This document shows positions 49,552 to 59,664 of a stretch of 64,000 bases of DNA, in pieces (the stretch's first letter is position 1; every line of letters starts with the position of its first letter). The stretch is from an uncultured bacterium (lineage in GTDB: Bacteria > Krumholzibacteriota > Krumholzibacteriia > LZORAL124-64-63). Location: contig CAVSGO010000003.1 in NCBI GenBank assembly GCA_963727525.1, positions 192,001 to 256,000 of the forward strand, in the 5' to 3' direction. The notes beneath the pieces were generated by a model. That model was not told the DNA's origin and did not search any database. It saw only the letters and a program-made list of their open reading frames with translations. Position numbers and translations under genes: made by a program.

Positions 49552-50934
49552 GTGACCCCGATCAACCGTCAGCGATGCATGTCCGGTCTGCTCGCCGCCG
49601 CGGCTCTCGTCGCGCTGGCCGGCTGCAGCGGCCGCAACCCGGCCGACCTCGACGTGGCCCGCGCCACCGACGATCCCGTGGTCTTCGAGGACGGGTATGA
49701 CACCGACATCTATCCTCAAGCCTTCGCCGGCACCGACATCTACGCCACGACCCTCGACTCGGTCTTCGCCCATGCGGGCACCCGGTCGCTCAAGGTGACG
49801 GTGCCGCCCCAGGGCTCGGCACTGGGCGCCTACGCCGGGGGCGTGCTCACCTCCGCGGGTGCGCGCGATCTCACCGCGTACAATGCGCTCACGTTCTGGG
49901 CGCGGTCGAGCGTGGCCTCGAACCTGAACGAGGTCGGTTTCGGCAACGACAACACGGGCACCTCGCGATACAGCGCCGGGCGGGCCGGCATCCCGCTCTC
50001 CACGGCCTGGGTGCGCGTGGTCGTGCCCATCCCCGCGCCGCAGAAGCTGATCGCCGAGCGCGGCCTCTTCACCTATGCCGAGGGCTGGGAAGCCCAGCAC
50101 TCCGCCGGCCACACGCTGTGGTTCGATCAGATCGCGTTCGCCCATCTCGACAGCATCACGAATCCGCGGCCCATGATGGTGACGACAGACAAACCTTACT
50201 TCGTGGGCGCGACGGTGAGTCTCGACGGGTGTTCCACCACGTTTTCCGTGGACGGTGCCGATGTCGTGGTGAACCACATGCCCGGGTACTTCGACTTCAC
50301 GTCGTCTGCTCCGTCCGTGGCGCGCGTGGAGGGCGGTGTGGTGAAGGTGATCGGCGCCGGCGATGCCGAGATCAACGCGACGCTCGCGGGCGCTCCGGTC
50401 ACGGGCACCGTAACGGTGAAGGGGTACCGGCCCCCGGCCGGGCCGCCGCCCACGCCCACGCTTCCGGCCGCCAGCGTGATCTCCATGTACAGCGATGCGT
50501 ATACGAACGTGCCGGTGGGCTCCTGGAACACGCACTGGCAGTACTCCACCACCGACGACTCCGAGTACACGGTCGCCGGCGACGTGACGCGGATGTACGC
50601 CAATCTCAACTTCGTGGGCATCGATCTCAGCGCCGACACCATCGACGCCTCGCGGATGACCCACCTGCACATCGACGTCTACGCCCCCGCCGGCACGAAC
50701 TTCAAGGTGAAGCTCGTGGCCTTCGATGCGGACGGCGGTCATATGACCGGTCAGTCGGAGCTGACGTTCGATGGTGCGAGCACGCCCGCCTTCATTGCCG
50801 GCCAGTGGTCGTCGCTCGATATCCCGCTCGCCGATTTCCAGTTCGCCGTGCCGCTGGATCACGTGGGCCAGCTCGTCTTCAGCACCGACGATGCCTCGCT
50901 GGTCCTGGTGGACAACATCTACTGGCACTCTTAG
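49552..50934 (+). CDS. Lipoprotein with CBM-like and Ig-like domains (putative glycan-binding protein)
   Basis: GGAGG RBS; LAGC; RDLTAYNALTFWA; FTSSAPSVARV (Big_2-like); VISMYSDAY, THLHIDV, VDNIYW. Confidence 0.7.
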   Translation: MTPINRQRCMSGLLAAAALVALAGCSGRNPADLDVARATDDPVVFEDGYDTDIYPQAFAGTDIYATTLDSVFAHAGTRSLKVTVPPQGSALGAYAGGVLTSAGARDLTAYNALTFWARSSVASNLNEVGFGNDNTGTSRYSAGRAGIPLSTAWVRVVVPIPAPQKLIAERGLFTYAEGWEAQHSAGHTLWFDQIAFAHLDSITNPRPMMVTTDKPYFVGATVSLDGCSTTFSVDGADVVVNHMPGYFDFTSSAPSVARVEGGVVKVIGAGDAEINATLAGAPVTGTVTVKGYRPPAGPPPTPTLPAASVISMYSDAYTNVPVGSWNTHWQYSTTDDSEYTVAGDVTRMYANLNFVGIDLSADTIDASRMTHLHIDVYAPAGTNFKVKLVAFDADGGHMTGQSELTFDGASTPAFIAGQWSSLDIPLADFQFAVPLDHVGQLVFSTDDASLVLVDNIYWHS

Positions 50935-50990
50935 GCTAGGAATCCTGGGCCGGGGCCCAACCCTGCCGATCAGCCGAGGGAGACGAGACC

Positions 50991-52244
50991 GTGCACGACG
51001 ACATCCTGGCCTGGAAGGGGCTGCGGCGCACCGATCCCGACCGCCCGCGCCCTCTCGCCGACGCGGTGCTGCGCCTCATCTGGGAGGAGCGCCGCATCTC
51101 GCGCGCCGACATCGCGCGCCGCGCCGGCCTCTCGCGCTCGACCGTGTCGGAGATCGTGGGCGAGATCCTGCCCACCGGCCTCGTGGCCGAGGTGGGCGAA
51201 GGCCCTTCGCGCGGCGGGCGTCGGCCCGTGGTGCTCGAGTTCCAGGATGACATCTGCGTGATCCTCGGCGTGGAGATGGGGGCGGCCCACGTGGCCGTGG
51301 CCCTCACCGACCTGCGCGGCCGCGTGCTGGCGTGGGAAAGCCAGGACCATTCCGTACGCAACGACCCGCCCGGCACCCGCGCCGTCATCGCCGCGCTGTG
51401 CCGCGCTTGCCTGGCCTGCGAGGTCGCGAAGGGGCGGCCGCTCGTGGGCGTCGGCGTGGCCGTGCCGTGCCCCGTCGACCCGTTCGACCCGGCGGGACTC
51501 TCCACCGTGGTGCTTCCCAGCTGGCGCGGCCGCCTCGATCTCGGCGACCTCGGCCGCGAGCTGGGTGTGCCGGTCCTCGTCGACAACGATGCCAACCTCG
51601 GCGCCCTCGCCGAGCGCTGGTGGGGTCTGGGCGAGGGTGTGGACAATCTCGCTTATATCAAGGTGGCCACAGGCGTGGGTTCGGGGCACATCATCAACGG
51701 CGAGATCTATCGCGGCGCCACCGGCGTGGCAGGTGAGATCGGCCACGTGGCCATCGATCCGCACGGCAAACCCTGCATCTGCGGCCTGCGGGGCTGTCTG
51801 GCCACCTTCGTGGGCGCCGAGGCCCTCGTGGCCCGCGCCGCGGAGCTTCTGAAGGCGCATCCGGAGAGCCCGCTCGCCACGCAGACGATCACCGCGCACG
51901 CCATCGAAGACGCTGCCCTGGTGGGCGACGCCCTCGCGTTGCAGGTGGTGAACGAGGCCGCCGAGCACCTGGGCACCGCCATCGCCGGCCTGTTGAACCT
52001 CTTGAATCCCGCCATGGTCGTGCTGGCTGGCGATTTCTCGCGCCTCGACGAGCTGGTGCTGCGCCCGCTGCGCGCCAGCGTCCGCAGCCGCACCCTCATC
52101 AGCTCCGTGGCCGCCGCCGAGATCGCCATCAGCAAGCTCGGCCCGCGCTCGGTGGCCGTGGGCGCCGCCACCCTGGTGCTGAAAGCGGCACTCGATGATT
52201 CGCGGCTCTTTCCGAGCGTGCCGGCGTCGTCGACGCGCGCCTGA
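50991..52244 (+). CDS. ROK family transcriptional regulator (XylR/NagC-like)
   Basis: ISRADIARRAGLSRSTVS HTH, GGRRP, DNDAN, GEIGH, CICGLRGC. Confidence 0.93.
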   Translation: MHDDILAWKGLRRTDPDRPRPLADAVLRLIWEERRISRADIARRAGLSRSTVSEIVGEILPTGLVAEVGEGPSRGGRRPVVLEFQDDICVILGVEMGAAHVAVALTDLRGRVLAWESQDHSVRNDPPGTRAVIAALCRACLACEVAKGRPLVGVGVAVPCPVDPFDPAGLSTVVLPSWRGRLDLGDLGRELGVPVLVDNDANLGALAERWWGLGEGVDNLAYIKVATGVGSGHIINGEIYRGATGVAGEIGHVAIDPHGKPCICGLRGCLATFVGAEALVARAAELLKAHPESPLATQTITAHAIEDAALVGDALALQVVNEAAEHLGTAIAGLLNLLNPAMVVLAGDFSRLDELVLRPLRASVRSRTLISSVAAAEIAISKLGPRSVAVGAATLVLKAALDDSRLFPSVPASSTRA

Positions 52245-52266
52245 CCCGCGAGTGCGAGCACGAAGA

Positions 52267-52290
52267 AGGGCGCCCTCGTGAGGGCGCCCT
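52267..52290. terminator. Hairpin between convergent genes
   Basis: AGGGCGCCCTC/GAGGGCGCCCT; TCTT tail on the minus strand. Confidence 0.65.
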
Positions 52291-52313
52291 GTCCGTATCC
52301 GCGGCCGTCCGGA

Positions 52314-54005
52314 TCAGTCGCCGGGCCAGTTCGCGAGAGGACCGGCCCACGACAGGGTCTGGTCGGTGGTCGAGGCACGATCCGGCTCCACCTCGTGCAC
52401 GTACTCGCGCACCACGCCGGCGCCCGGTGCGTACCAGAGGGTCTGGTCACCCGTCGTCTGCGTCTCGCCGCCGGCGGTCACCACGTAGTGGAGTGTGACC
52501 TTGCGGCAGGCGAGCCAGACGATCGGCGGGCCGGACCCGGCCGGCACCTCCACGTCCTCCGTACCCGCCAGCACCTCGCCGTTGTAGGTCACGGTGGCGT
52601 CTCCTTCGGCCAAGTGCATCGTCGCCGTGCCGTTCCAGGTCCCGGTTGCCACGGGCAGCGGCAGCCACGTCACGGCGGGGTCGAAGGCCACGTCGCTGGG
52701 GTCACCGTCGTTGTCCTCGTGGAAGCCCAGGAACTGGAGCGCCGACGCCGTGAGCTTCATGCTGTCATAGTCGAGGAACGGCGGCAGATCCTTGGCGACG
52801 GTGGTCCAGTTGTTGACCTGCCAGCGCTTGAACGTGCCGTTGCCGGTGTCCTCGTACTTGTAGAGCGTCTCCAGGTTGCCGGCGTCCTTCGCCGGCGTCG
52901 TCTCCTCCCAGGTACCGGTGAAGTATTGCAACCAGCTGTCGGTCACCGGGGAGTACTGAGCCGCGCCAGACACGGTTGCCTGCCAGTCGTAGCCATCGGT
53001 ATTCACGTTGCCGTGCGCGTCGGCGAACGACGAGAATTCGACGCGGAAGATCGCGCCGGGTACGAGAGGCGTGCGCAGCGCCAGCGTGAACACCGTGTTG
53101 TTCTGCGACCACAGGCCCGGATTCTCGAGATCGACGAGCGCGGTCGCGAACTGGCCGCTGATCAGCGTGGCCTCGATCGAATCGGAGTTCATCGGCTCGC
53201 TGAACGTCAACGTGACGTGGGAGCGATCGGTGGACAAGGTGGCGCCGTTCGCCGGATCGACCGACAGGATCTCCGGCGGCGTGGTGTCGGCCGTCGTGCC
53301 CGTGGTGAACGTGAAGCTTGCCTCGGCGGCCAGAGGAGTACCCTGGGTGTTCTGCGCGTCCGTCGTCACGGTGACCGTGATGCTGGTGGACGAAGGCAGG
53401 TCCTCGTCCATCGTCAGCGTCCACTCGTTGCCGTCACCGTTGCCGCCTAGCGTGTAAGGCAGATCGGCCTTGGCCGGCGAGGCGACCGTGATCGCGCCGG
53501 GCAACGTGGCGCCGTTCATCGACTGCGAGAATTGCAACCAGATCGTGCTGTTGATCGGCACGTCTTGCGCACCGTCGGCGGGAGCGCTGGTCAGCAGCAC
53601 CACCTGGGGGGTGAATGTCCAGAAACTCCAGGTGAAGGCGGCGGCGAGCGCATTGCCGGCGACGTCCTTCAGTCCGGTTCCGACCGTCGCCGTGATCTGC
53701 GAGCCTTGCGGCCAGGTCCCGTGCACCGCGAGCGTCTGCGCATCGGACCACTGCATGCTGGATACGGTTCCGGGCGTGACCGTCACGTTTCCCGACGCCG
53801 TGGATGCGTCCATGGACTCGTCGAAGTGGACGACGATGTCGCCGTCGGTCGCTACTCCCGTGTCGTTCTGGGGCGGGGTGACATTGACGATCGTGGGTGG
53901 TGTCGTGTCATGCTCCGGCTCGGTTCCGTTGTCATCCGAGCAGGATGACAGTGCCAGCAGGAGCAGGAAGCTGAGGGCGAGAACACCGTAACGGCGCAGC
54001 AACAT
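52314..54005 (-). CDS. Lipoprotein with three bacterial Ig-like (Big_5-like) domains
   Basis: AAGGAG RBS; LSSC; DTTPP...P-x-(N/D)G...F(D/S)E-x-M repeats; C-terminal WYAPGAGVV. Confidence 0.8.
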   Translation of the reverse strand: MLLRRYGVLALSFLLLLALSSCSDDNGTEPEHDTTPPTIVNVTPPQNDTGVATDGDIVVHFDESMDASTASGNVTVTPGTVSSMQWSDAQTLAVHGTWPQGSQITATVGTGLKDVAGNALAAAFTWSFWTFTPQVVLLTSAPADGAQDVPINSTIWLQFSQSMNGATLPGAITVASPAKADLPYTLGGNGDGNEWTLTMDEDLPSSTSITVTVTTDAQNTQGTPLAAEASFTFTTGTTADTTPPEILSVDPANGATLSTDRSHVTLTFSEPMNSDSIEATLISGQFATALVDLENPGLWSQNNTVFTLALRTPLVPGAIFRVEFSSFADAHGNVNTDGYDWQATVSGAAQYSPVTDSWLQYFTGTWEETTPAKDAGNLETLYKYEDTGNGTFKRWQVNNWTTVAKDLPPFLDYDSMKLTASALQFLGFHEDNDGDPSDVAFDPAVTWLPLPVATGTWNGTATMHLAEGDATVTYNGEVLAGTEDVEVPAGSGPPIVWLACRKVTLHYVVTAGGETQTTGDQTLWYAPGAGVVREYVHEVEPDRASTTDQTLSWAGPLANWPGD

Positions 54006-54216
54006 GGCTTCTCCTTCGTCGGTCCGGACGTCGGTCCGGAATCGGACTCCGTCGTGCTACCAGTGAGATGAATTTTCATTATGCAGGATCCATGCCGGAA
54101 ACCGTGAGGCATCCGGAACCTGGTGTCAACAAGGACCGAGACGGTCGTATCTCCAGAGTACCGATTCCACAGGTCGAGCACGAGACCCGGGAGCAAGAGC
54201 CAGAGATCATCGTCGG

Positions 54217-56364
54217 CTAGTCGGCGGTCTCGCTGGACGGCGCGGCCTGCACCACGACCTCGGTCGCTCCCGCATGCGTGTCGAACCAGGCAGCCGCCTT
54301 CAGGTGTTGCTCGCCGTCGAGCTCGAGGATATTGAACCCCCGCCCGGCGAACGACTCCTCGCGCCCATCGATGGTGATGGATGCCGCGTTGCCCACCGCG
54401 AATCCGGCCGACTCCAGGGCGATCGCACGGCTAGCCACGAACGTGCCGCAGGTGTCGCCCGGCGCGAGGGATCGCGAGACTGCGTTCGCCGTCGAGGTCG
54501 ATTGCCACGCGACCTTGCCGTGGTCCACGATCGCCGCGAGGCTCGCCCGGTAGTTGACGTCGTCGATGGCGATGCCGACGTCGCGCAGCGCTCGCCGGTC
54601 GGCGTCCGTGAGGTGGGCGGTGGCCTCATCGCGGACCGCGACCAGGAGGATCGCATCGTGGCGCGCGTCGAGATAGTCCGCCAGCGACACCTGGCGAGCC
54701 GAGAGATAGCGTGGTGATGCCGCGACAGGCCACCGGCGATCGTAGCACACGAAGTAGCCATCCCAGATGGACGCGACGTATGGCCCGCTGACGCCGGCGA
54801 ACACCGGCGCGAAGGAGGTCCGGTTCGCGATGTAGAGCTGCGTCGTGTCGGCCTCGCCGCGGGTGAAGGCCTGCCGCATCGAATCGGCGAGCGCCTTGGC
54901 CGCGGGCGACATGCGGGCGGTGTAGCCCGCGGTGGTCGGTACGCGATGCTGATCGGCGAGCCAGCAGATGTCCCGGAAGTCGGCGCGGTTCACGGTGGTG
55001 TACGCAAATGGAGGCGCCGTGGTGATCGCCGTGCAGTGTGAGGCTACCGAGTCCCAGTCGGCACTGGCCAGACGCGTCACGCAGCGCAGCTGCGCGAAGG
55101 TCGCGTGCGTGACGATCTGGCGCCGGATGTCCACGACCTGCGCGACGAGGGCGACGCCCAGCGCGGCCGTCACGAGCACCCGCGGGCGACCACGTCCCGC
55201 GACCGCCAGCAGGCCTGCCATCGCGGCATAGGTCACCGGCCAGACGAAGCGGCCCGACGAACGGAAGACACCCGCGAGCTGGGAATAGATCGGCGGCAGG
55301 AGGTATTGCGCCACGACCTTGGTGTTCCAGGTCACCTGGTTGCTCAGCGCAAAGATCCATGTGAGGGCCAGCAGCACGAGCAACGCCCTGTGAGGTCGGA
55401 GCCGCGTTCGCAGGCTCCGGCTCATCGCCAGCGCGACCAGACCGAGGCCCGTCAGCAGGAGCCAGCCGGCTCCGAGGTAGGCGTAGCCCTCGTACTGTCC
55501 GCGCGTGGTGGGCAGCGACCGTACGAGCAGGCTGCGGTTCATGGGGTTGATGAAGCTATTAAGATTGGTCGAGAAGACGCCGAATCCGGTGTCTTGGGCG
55601 CGATCGGCCGACATGCCCACGAAGTTGCCCGCCAGCCACCACACCACGCCGATCGTGCCCACGAGGATCGCTCCCGTCACCAGCCTGGTCCTGACCTGGG
55701 CGATCCCGTCCGTACGCAGCAGGCTGCCGATGGCGAAGATCATCACCATGGCCAGCAGATACGGATGCACGAGCGCCGCCACCACGACGAGGATGAGCCA
55801 TCGCCGGCGCCAGCCGGCCGAGTGACCTCCGAGGTAGACGTCCACCGCCGCCAGGATGATCCAGTGCCCCGAAAGCGCGATGTGCCCCTCGCGAAAGATG
55901 AAGGTGGGTGCCAACAGGACGAGCGCGGCCGCGATGATCCGGGCCGACGATCCCTCGAGGTAGCGCCGCGCGATCCGGTAGCCGAACACGCCCTGCAGCA
56001 CGCTGCTCAGACACAGCCAGAATCCGAAGAACTGGAAGACGCGCGGCAACAGAGGTGCCACGAACTTGGCGGGGTATGCGAACAGGGGCAGCCCGTCGAC
56101 GAGCGGCAACGACGTGCCCAGCGGCCAGAGGTACGACGTGATGTGGCCGAGGGGGAACGACCACGGATCGTGACGGAACGCGTCCCAGGTCAGATAGTAT
56201 GCGGACGGATCGTTGCGAGCCATGAGCCAGTCGATCTGGCCGGGATCGAGCACCGTCGCGCCGAAGCGTACGAAGAAGAGCACCAGACCCAGGGCGACCA
56301 CGATCGCGTACTCGACGCGCTCGCGGCGGTTGTTCGCGACGGGCTGCGAATCTTCCCGTGTCAT
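54217..56364 (-). CDS. DUF6311-like multi-TM protein (putative GT-C glycosyltransferase) with soluble C-terminal domain
   Basis: D...YYLTW...PWSFPLG, FQFFG, HPYL, QYEGYAYLG, FRSSGRFVWP; divergent from gtrA/B-like genes. Confidence 0.7.
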   Translation of the reverse strand: MTREDSQPVANNRRERVEYAIVVALGLVLFFVRFGATVLDPGQIDWLMARNDPSAYYLTWDAFRHDPWSFPLGHITSYLWPLGTSLPLVDGLPLFAYPAKFVAPLLPRVFQFFGFWLCLSSVLQGVFGYRIARRYLEGSSARIIAAALVLLAPTFIFREGHIALSGHWIILAAVDVYLGGHSAGWRRRWLILVVVAALVHPYLLAMVMIFAIGSLLRTDGIAQVRTRLVTGAILVGTIGVVWWLAGNFVGMSADRAQDTGFGVFSTNLNSFINPMNRSLLVRSLPTTRGQYEGYAYLGAGWLLLTGLGLVALAMSRSLRTRLRPHRALLVLLALTWIFALSNQVTWNTKVVAQYLLPPIYSQLAGVFRSSGRFVWPVTYAAMAGLLAVAGRGRPRVLVTAALGVALVAQVVDIRRQIVTHATFAQLRCVTRLASADWDSVASHCTAITTAPPFAYTTVNRADFRDICWLADQHRVPTTAGYTARMSPAAKALADSMRQAFTRGEADTTQLYIANRTSFAPVFAGVSGPYVASIWDGYFVCYDRRWPVAASPRYLSARQVSLADYLDARHDAILLVAVRDEATAHLTDADRRALRDVGIAIDDVNYRASLAAIVDHGKVAWQSTSTANAVSRSLAPGDTCGTFVASRAIALESAGFAVGNAASITIDGREESFAGRGFNILELDGEQHLKAAAWFDTHAGATEVVVQAAPSSETAD

Positions 56365-56463
56365 GCTGTACCTTCGTTGGTGGCAAGCGAATGCGTGCTC
56401 GCCGAGCATCGCATGGGACGGCGCGGGCCGTCAACACCGAGTCCACGCAACTCGATCTAGCCG

Positions 56464-56493
56464 TTGACCATGAAGGGCCCCGGCTGCCACAAT
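56464..56493 (+). promoter_or_regulatory. Sigma70-like promoter
   Basis: TTGACC-18 nt-CACAAT upstream of the gtrA-like gene. Confidence 0.4.
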
Positions 56494-56519
56494 GCGCGGG
56501 GTCTATCGGAAAGGTCGTC

Positions 56520-56900
56520 GTGACGGGGCGCTCGTGGTCGCAGGTGGTCCGCTTCGGGGTCGTGGGTTGCCTGGCGACGGCGACCCATGTCGCGGTCTTC
56601 TACACGCTGATGCGAGGCTTCGGAATCTCGCCGACCGTGGCCACCACGGTGGCGTTTTGCTGCGCTTTCGGCGTGTCTTACGCCTTGAACCGGTCCTGGA
56701 CCTTTCGCGCGCGGGGCAGCCACGCCCGCCATCTGCCGCGCGTATTGATCATCGCTCTCATGGGGGCGGGATTGAACGCCGGCATCATGGAAGTGGGTGT
56801 CCATCGCCTCGGCTGGACACCGACGACATGCCTGGCGATCATCATCCTCGTGGTGCCGGGGTTCTCGTTCCTGACGCAACGATACTGGGGTTTTCGATGA
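56520..56900 (+). CDS. GtrA family protein
   Basis: RFGVVG, SYALNRSWTF, 4 TM segments, C-terminal RYWGF. Confidence 0.88.
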   Translation: MTGRSWSQVVRFGVVGCLATATHVAVFYTLMRGFGISPTVATTVAFCCAFGVSYALNRSWTFRARGSHARHLPRVLIIALMGAGLNAGIMEVGVHRLGWTPTTCLAIIILVVPGFSFLTQRYWGFR

Positions 56901-57637
56901 GCGAGACGCGAGAGCGGCGTACGGGCGACACGGTGACGATCGACGGGGGCTACCAGTACCGCGCGCTCACGTCTGGCAATGCGGTGCAGCGCTTCTGGCA
57001 CGCGGCGAAGCAGCAGGCGATCCTGACCCTCTTGCCGCCGGCCCCGGGCGACAGTGCCCTAGACATCGGCTGCGGCTCCGGCGTGATCAGCGATCTGCTC
57101 GCGCGCGGCGGCGCCGACGTCCTGGCCGTCGATGGCAGTCCCGACGCCATCGCCTTCGCCAGGCGCCAGTTCCCGTCGCCTCGCATCGAGTTCCGGCAAG
57201 GGCTGGTGGACGAACACTTCCAGGTGGATCGGCCCGTGACGAGTGCCTACTGCCTCGAGCTCGTCGAGCACATCCACCTGCCCCAGGTTCGGGCGCTGCT
57301 CGGCCATCTGAAAGCGGTGATGGCGCCCGGAGGACGGCTCTTCCTGACGACACCGAACTACCACAGCGCCTGGCCGATGATCGAGTGGGTCATGGACCGC
57401 ACCGGGGCGGCGCCCGAGCTGGCCGGATCGCAGCACGTGGAGCACTTCCACCCCGCCAAGCTGCGCCGCGTGCTCACCGACGCGGGATTCGTCGTGGACA
57501 CGCTCACCACGATGTGCGGCGGGCCGCCCTGGGTGGCACCGCTGAGCTGGCGCCTGGCCGAGCGCTGGCAAGTCGCGGAGCTGCGGTCCCGGTGGCACCT
57601 CGGCAGCATCCTCGTCGCCGTGGCACGGCTGGCGTGA
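56897..57637 (+). CDS. Class I SAM-dependent methyltransferase
   Basis: LDIGCGSG, ELVEHI, PGGRLFLTTPN; ATGA overlap. Confidence 0.9.
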   Translation: MSETRERRTGDTVTIDGGYQYRALTSGNAVQRFWHAAKQQAILTLLPPAPGDSALDIGCGSGVISDLLARGGADVLAVDGSPDAIAFARRQFPSPRIEFRQGLVDEHFQVDRPVTSAYCLELVEHIHLPQVRALLGHLKAVMAPGGRLFLTTPNYHSAWPMIEWVMDRTGAAPELAGSQHVEHFHPAKLRRVLTDAGFVVDTLTTMCGGPPWVAPLSWRLAERWQVAELRSRWHLGSILVAVARLA

Positions 57638-57647
57638 AGGAGGGCGC

Positions 57648-58601
57648 GTGCGCAGGCGAACGCCGGATGCACTGATCTCGATCGTCGTGCCTGCTTATGG
57701 CGAAGGTGCCCATCTCGAGGTGTCGCTCCAGCGGATTTCGACGGTCGTGTCCGGCACGGGGCACCCCCACGAGATCGTGGTCGTCGACGACGGCTCGCGC
57801 GACGACACCTGGGATGCCATCGTCCGCGCCTGCGCGGCCGATACCGCGGTGATCGGCATCCGGCTCAGCCGCAACTTCGGCAAGGAGTCGGCGCTGGCCG
57901 CCGGCCTCGCGCATTGCCGGGGCGACGCGGTCATCGTCATCGACGCCGACCTGCAGCATCCCCCCGAGCTCATTCCCGAGATGGTGCGACTCTGGCAGGC
58001 CGACGCAGCCGACGTCATCGAGGCGCAGAAGGCGAGGGCGGCGGGCGAATCGGCGCTCGTGGGCGCGCGCCGCCGTGCTTTCAATGGACTCGTGCGTCGC
58101 CTGTCCGGCTTCGATCTCGACGATGCGAGCGACTTCAAGCTGCTCGACGTGCGGGTGCTCGACGCCTGGCGCAAGCTGGGCGAACGGAGCCTCTTCTTCC
58201 GCGGCATGGTGGCTTGGCTCGGCTTCCGGGTCGTCCGCGTGCCCTTCGACGTGGACCATCGCGCGGCCGGCCAATCGAAGTGGTCGCTCGGCGGCCTCGT
58301 GAATCTGGCGCTCGTGGGCCTGACGGCATTCTCGGCCCTGCCGCTGCGCCTGGCGAGTATCCTGGGCGCGCTGTTCTTCGTCTTCGCCATCGGCGCGAGC
58401 GTGTACACTCTCGCGTTGAGGTTGCTGGGCATCGCGCAGCCGGGCTTCACCACGGTGATCCTCCTGCAGGTCTTCACCAGCAGCCTGATCCTCATCTGCC
58501 TGGGCATCATTGGCGAGTACCTGGCTCGGATCTACGACGAAGTGAAGGCGCGGCCACGCTTCGTCGTGTCCGAAATGGCCGGCGCGCATCGCCCGCGTTG
58601 A
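57648..58601 (+). CDS. GT2 polyprenyl-phosphate glycosyltransferase (GtrB/YfdH-like)
   Basis: VDDGSRD, RNFGKE, DADLQHPP, two C-terminal TM helices, GEYLARIYDEVKARP. Confidence 0.92.
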   Translation: MRRRTPDALISIVVPAYGEGAHLEVSLQRISTVVSGTGHPHEIVVVDDGSRDDTWDAIVRACAADTAVIGIRLSRNFGKESALAAGLAHCRGDAVIVIDADLQHPPELIPEMVRLWQADAADVIEAQKARAAGESALVGARRRAFNGLVRRLSGFDLDDASDFKLLDVRVLDAWRKLGERSLFFRGMVAWLGFRVVRVPFDVDHRAAGQSKWSLGGLVNLALVGLTAFSALPLRLASILGALFFVFAIGASVYTLALRLLGIAQPGFTTVILLQVFTSSLILICLGIIGEYLARIYDEVKARPRFVVSEMAGAHRPR

Positions 58602-58608
58602 TGGCGCG

Positions 58609-59664
58609 TCACTCGAAGAGCGCCTTCACCGTCGACCAGGTCGCCGCCTGGGCGATCACCGGCACCGCCAGGCCGCTGAACTCGACGACATAGTTGAACT
58701 CGTCGCCCCAGCCACTGGGTGCCGTGAACGTGGTCGGCCCCACCCAGAACCACACGATCTGTCCCGGCGCATAGCCGCCGATCGTCATCGTCGTGCTGTT
58801 CGGCCAGTTGTCGGCGCTCTGCACCACGGCCACTGACGCGCAATCCTGTGGTCCCAGCTCGAAGAGATAGACGGCCCAGGTCGCGTAGGCCTCGATCGCG
58901 ATCGTGCCGGTGTTGCCCATCGTCAGCAGGAACCAGTCGGTGTCGCGATACTGGCCCCCTCCCGCGGACTCGTACCACCCGCTGGTGCCGCAAAAGGAGA
59001 GATGGCCCTCGTCATCGCCCACGAGTTCCTGGAAGGGGTGCGACGGTGGCGTGTTGCATCCCCCGTTGAAGGTGTCGACGTATCCGTCGCCCAGGGGTGG
59101 CTCCCCTTCGAGCACATCGTCGTCCTGGCAGAATGCGTAAGGTCCCGTTTGCCATGAGATCGAAAGCTGATAGTCGCCGAAGCTGCCGCCGTAGCCGTCG
59201 ATGACGATGTAGTAAGTCTCTCCCGCATTCAGGCCCAAATGGTCCAATCGCGACACGAACTGTCCGCAGGGTGGACCGGTGTAGAAGTCGTCGTTGCAGG
59301 CGATCAGGCCCAGGCCCCCGTTGTAGACATAGACCTTGGTATCGAACGCGGAGCCGCAGAGGTCGATCGACACCAACTGCCAATACGGCGACACGTACCG
59401 GTAGACGACGTCTGCTGATGTCGAGCTGGTGTACGGGCACACCTCGTCGTAGTCGTTCACGTAGCCGGCCGTCGTGCCCGAATCGGAGAACGGAATGTCC
59501 GCGATGGTGACGGCATCTAAGATCGTGTCGCCGCCCTGGCGCTCTGCGGGCAGGTTGGGAGGACAGACGACCGGCGCCTTGATCGGGGCTCGGTTGCTCA
59601 GGTCGGCGGCCATCGCGACACCGGCCAGCGCGACCACCAGAATGACCGCGAACCTCGTCTTCAT
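58609..59664 (-). CDS. Secreted protein with PPC-like beta-sandwich domains and short C-terminal tail
   Basis: AGGAAGG RBS; signal peptide; DTKVYV...ACNDD...TYYIVIDGY; ends ATWSTVKALFE. Confidence 0.8.
   Translation of the reverse strand: MKTRFAVILVVALAGVAMAADLSNRAPIKAPVVCPPNLPAERQGGDTILDAVTIADIPFSDSGTTAGYVNDYDEVCPYTSSTSADVVYRYVSPYWQLVSIDLCGSAFDTKVYVYNGGLGLIACNDDFYTGPPCGQFVSRLDHLGLNAGETYYIVIDGYGGSFGDYQLSISWQTGPYAFCQDDDVLEGEPPLGDGYVDTFNGGCNTPPSHPFQELVGDDEGHLSFCGTSGWYESAGGGQYRDTDWFLLTMGNTGTIAIEAYATWAVYLFELGPQDCASVAVVQSADNWPNSTTMTIGGYAPGQIVWFWVGPTTFTAPSGWGDEFNYVVEFSGLAVPVIAQAATWSTVKALFE

Noticed and set aside
52314..54005. Recurrent (P/V)AK(A/D) motifs in the Ig lipoprotein as processing sites
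   Set aside because: Three short matches could be chance; nothing in the sequence supports cleavage.
54018..54040. GTCGGTCCGGA tandem repeat in a 5' leader
   Set aside because: Two short copies; insufficient evidence for a regulatory site.
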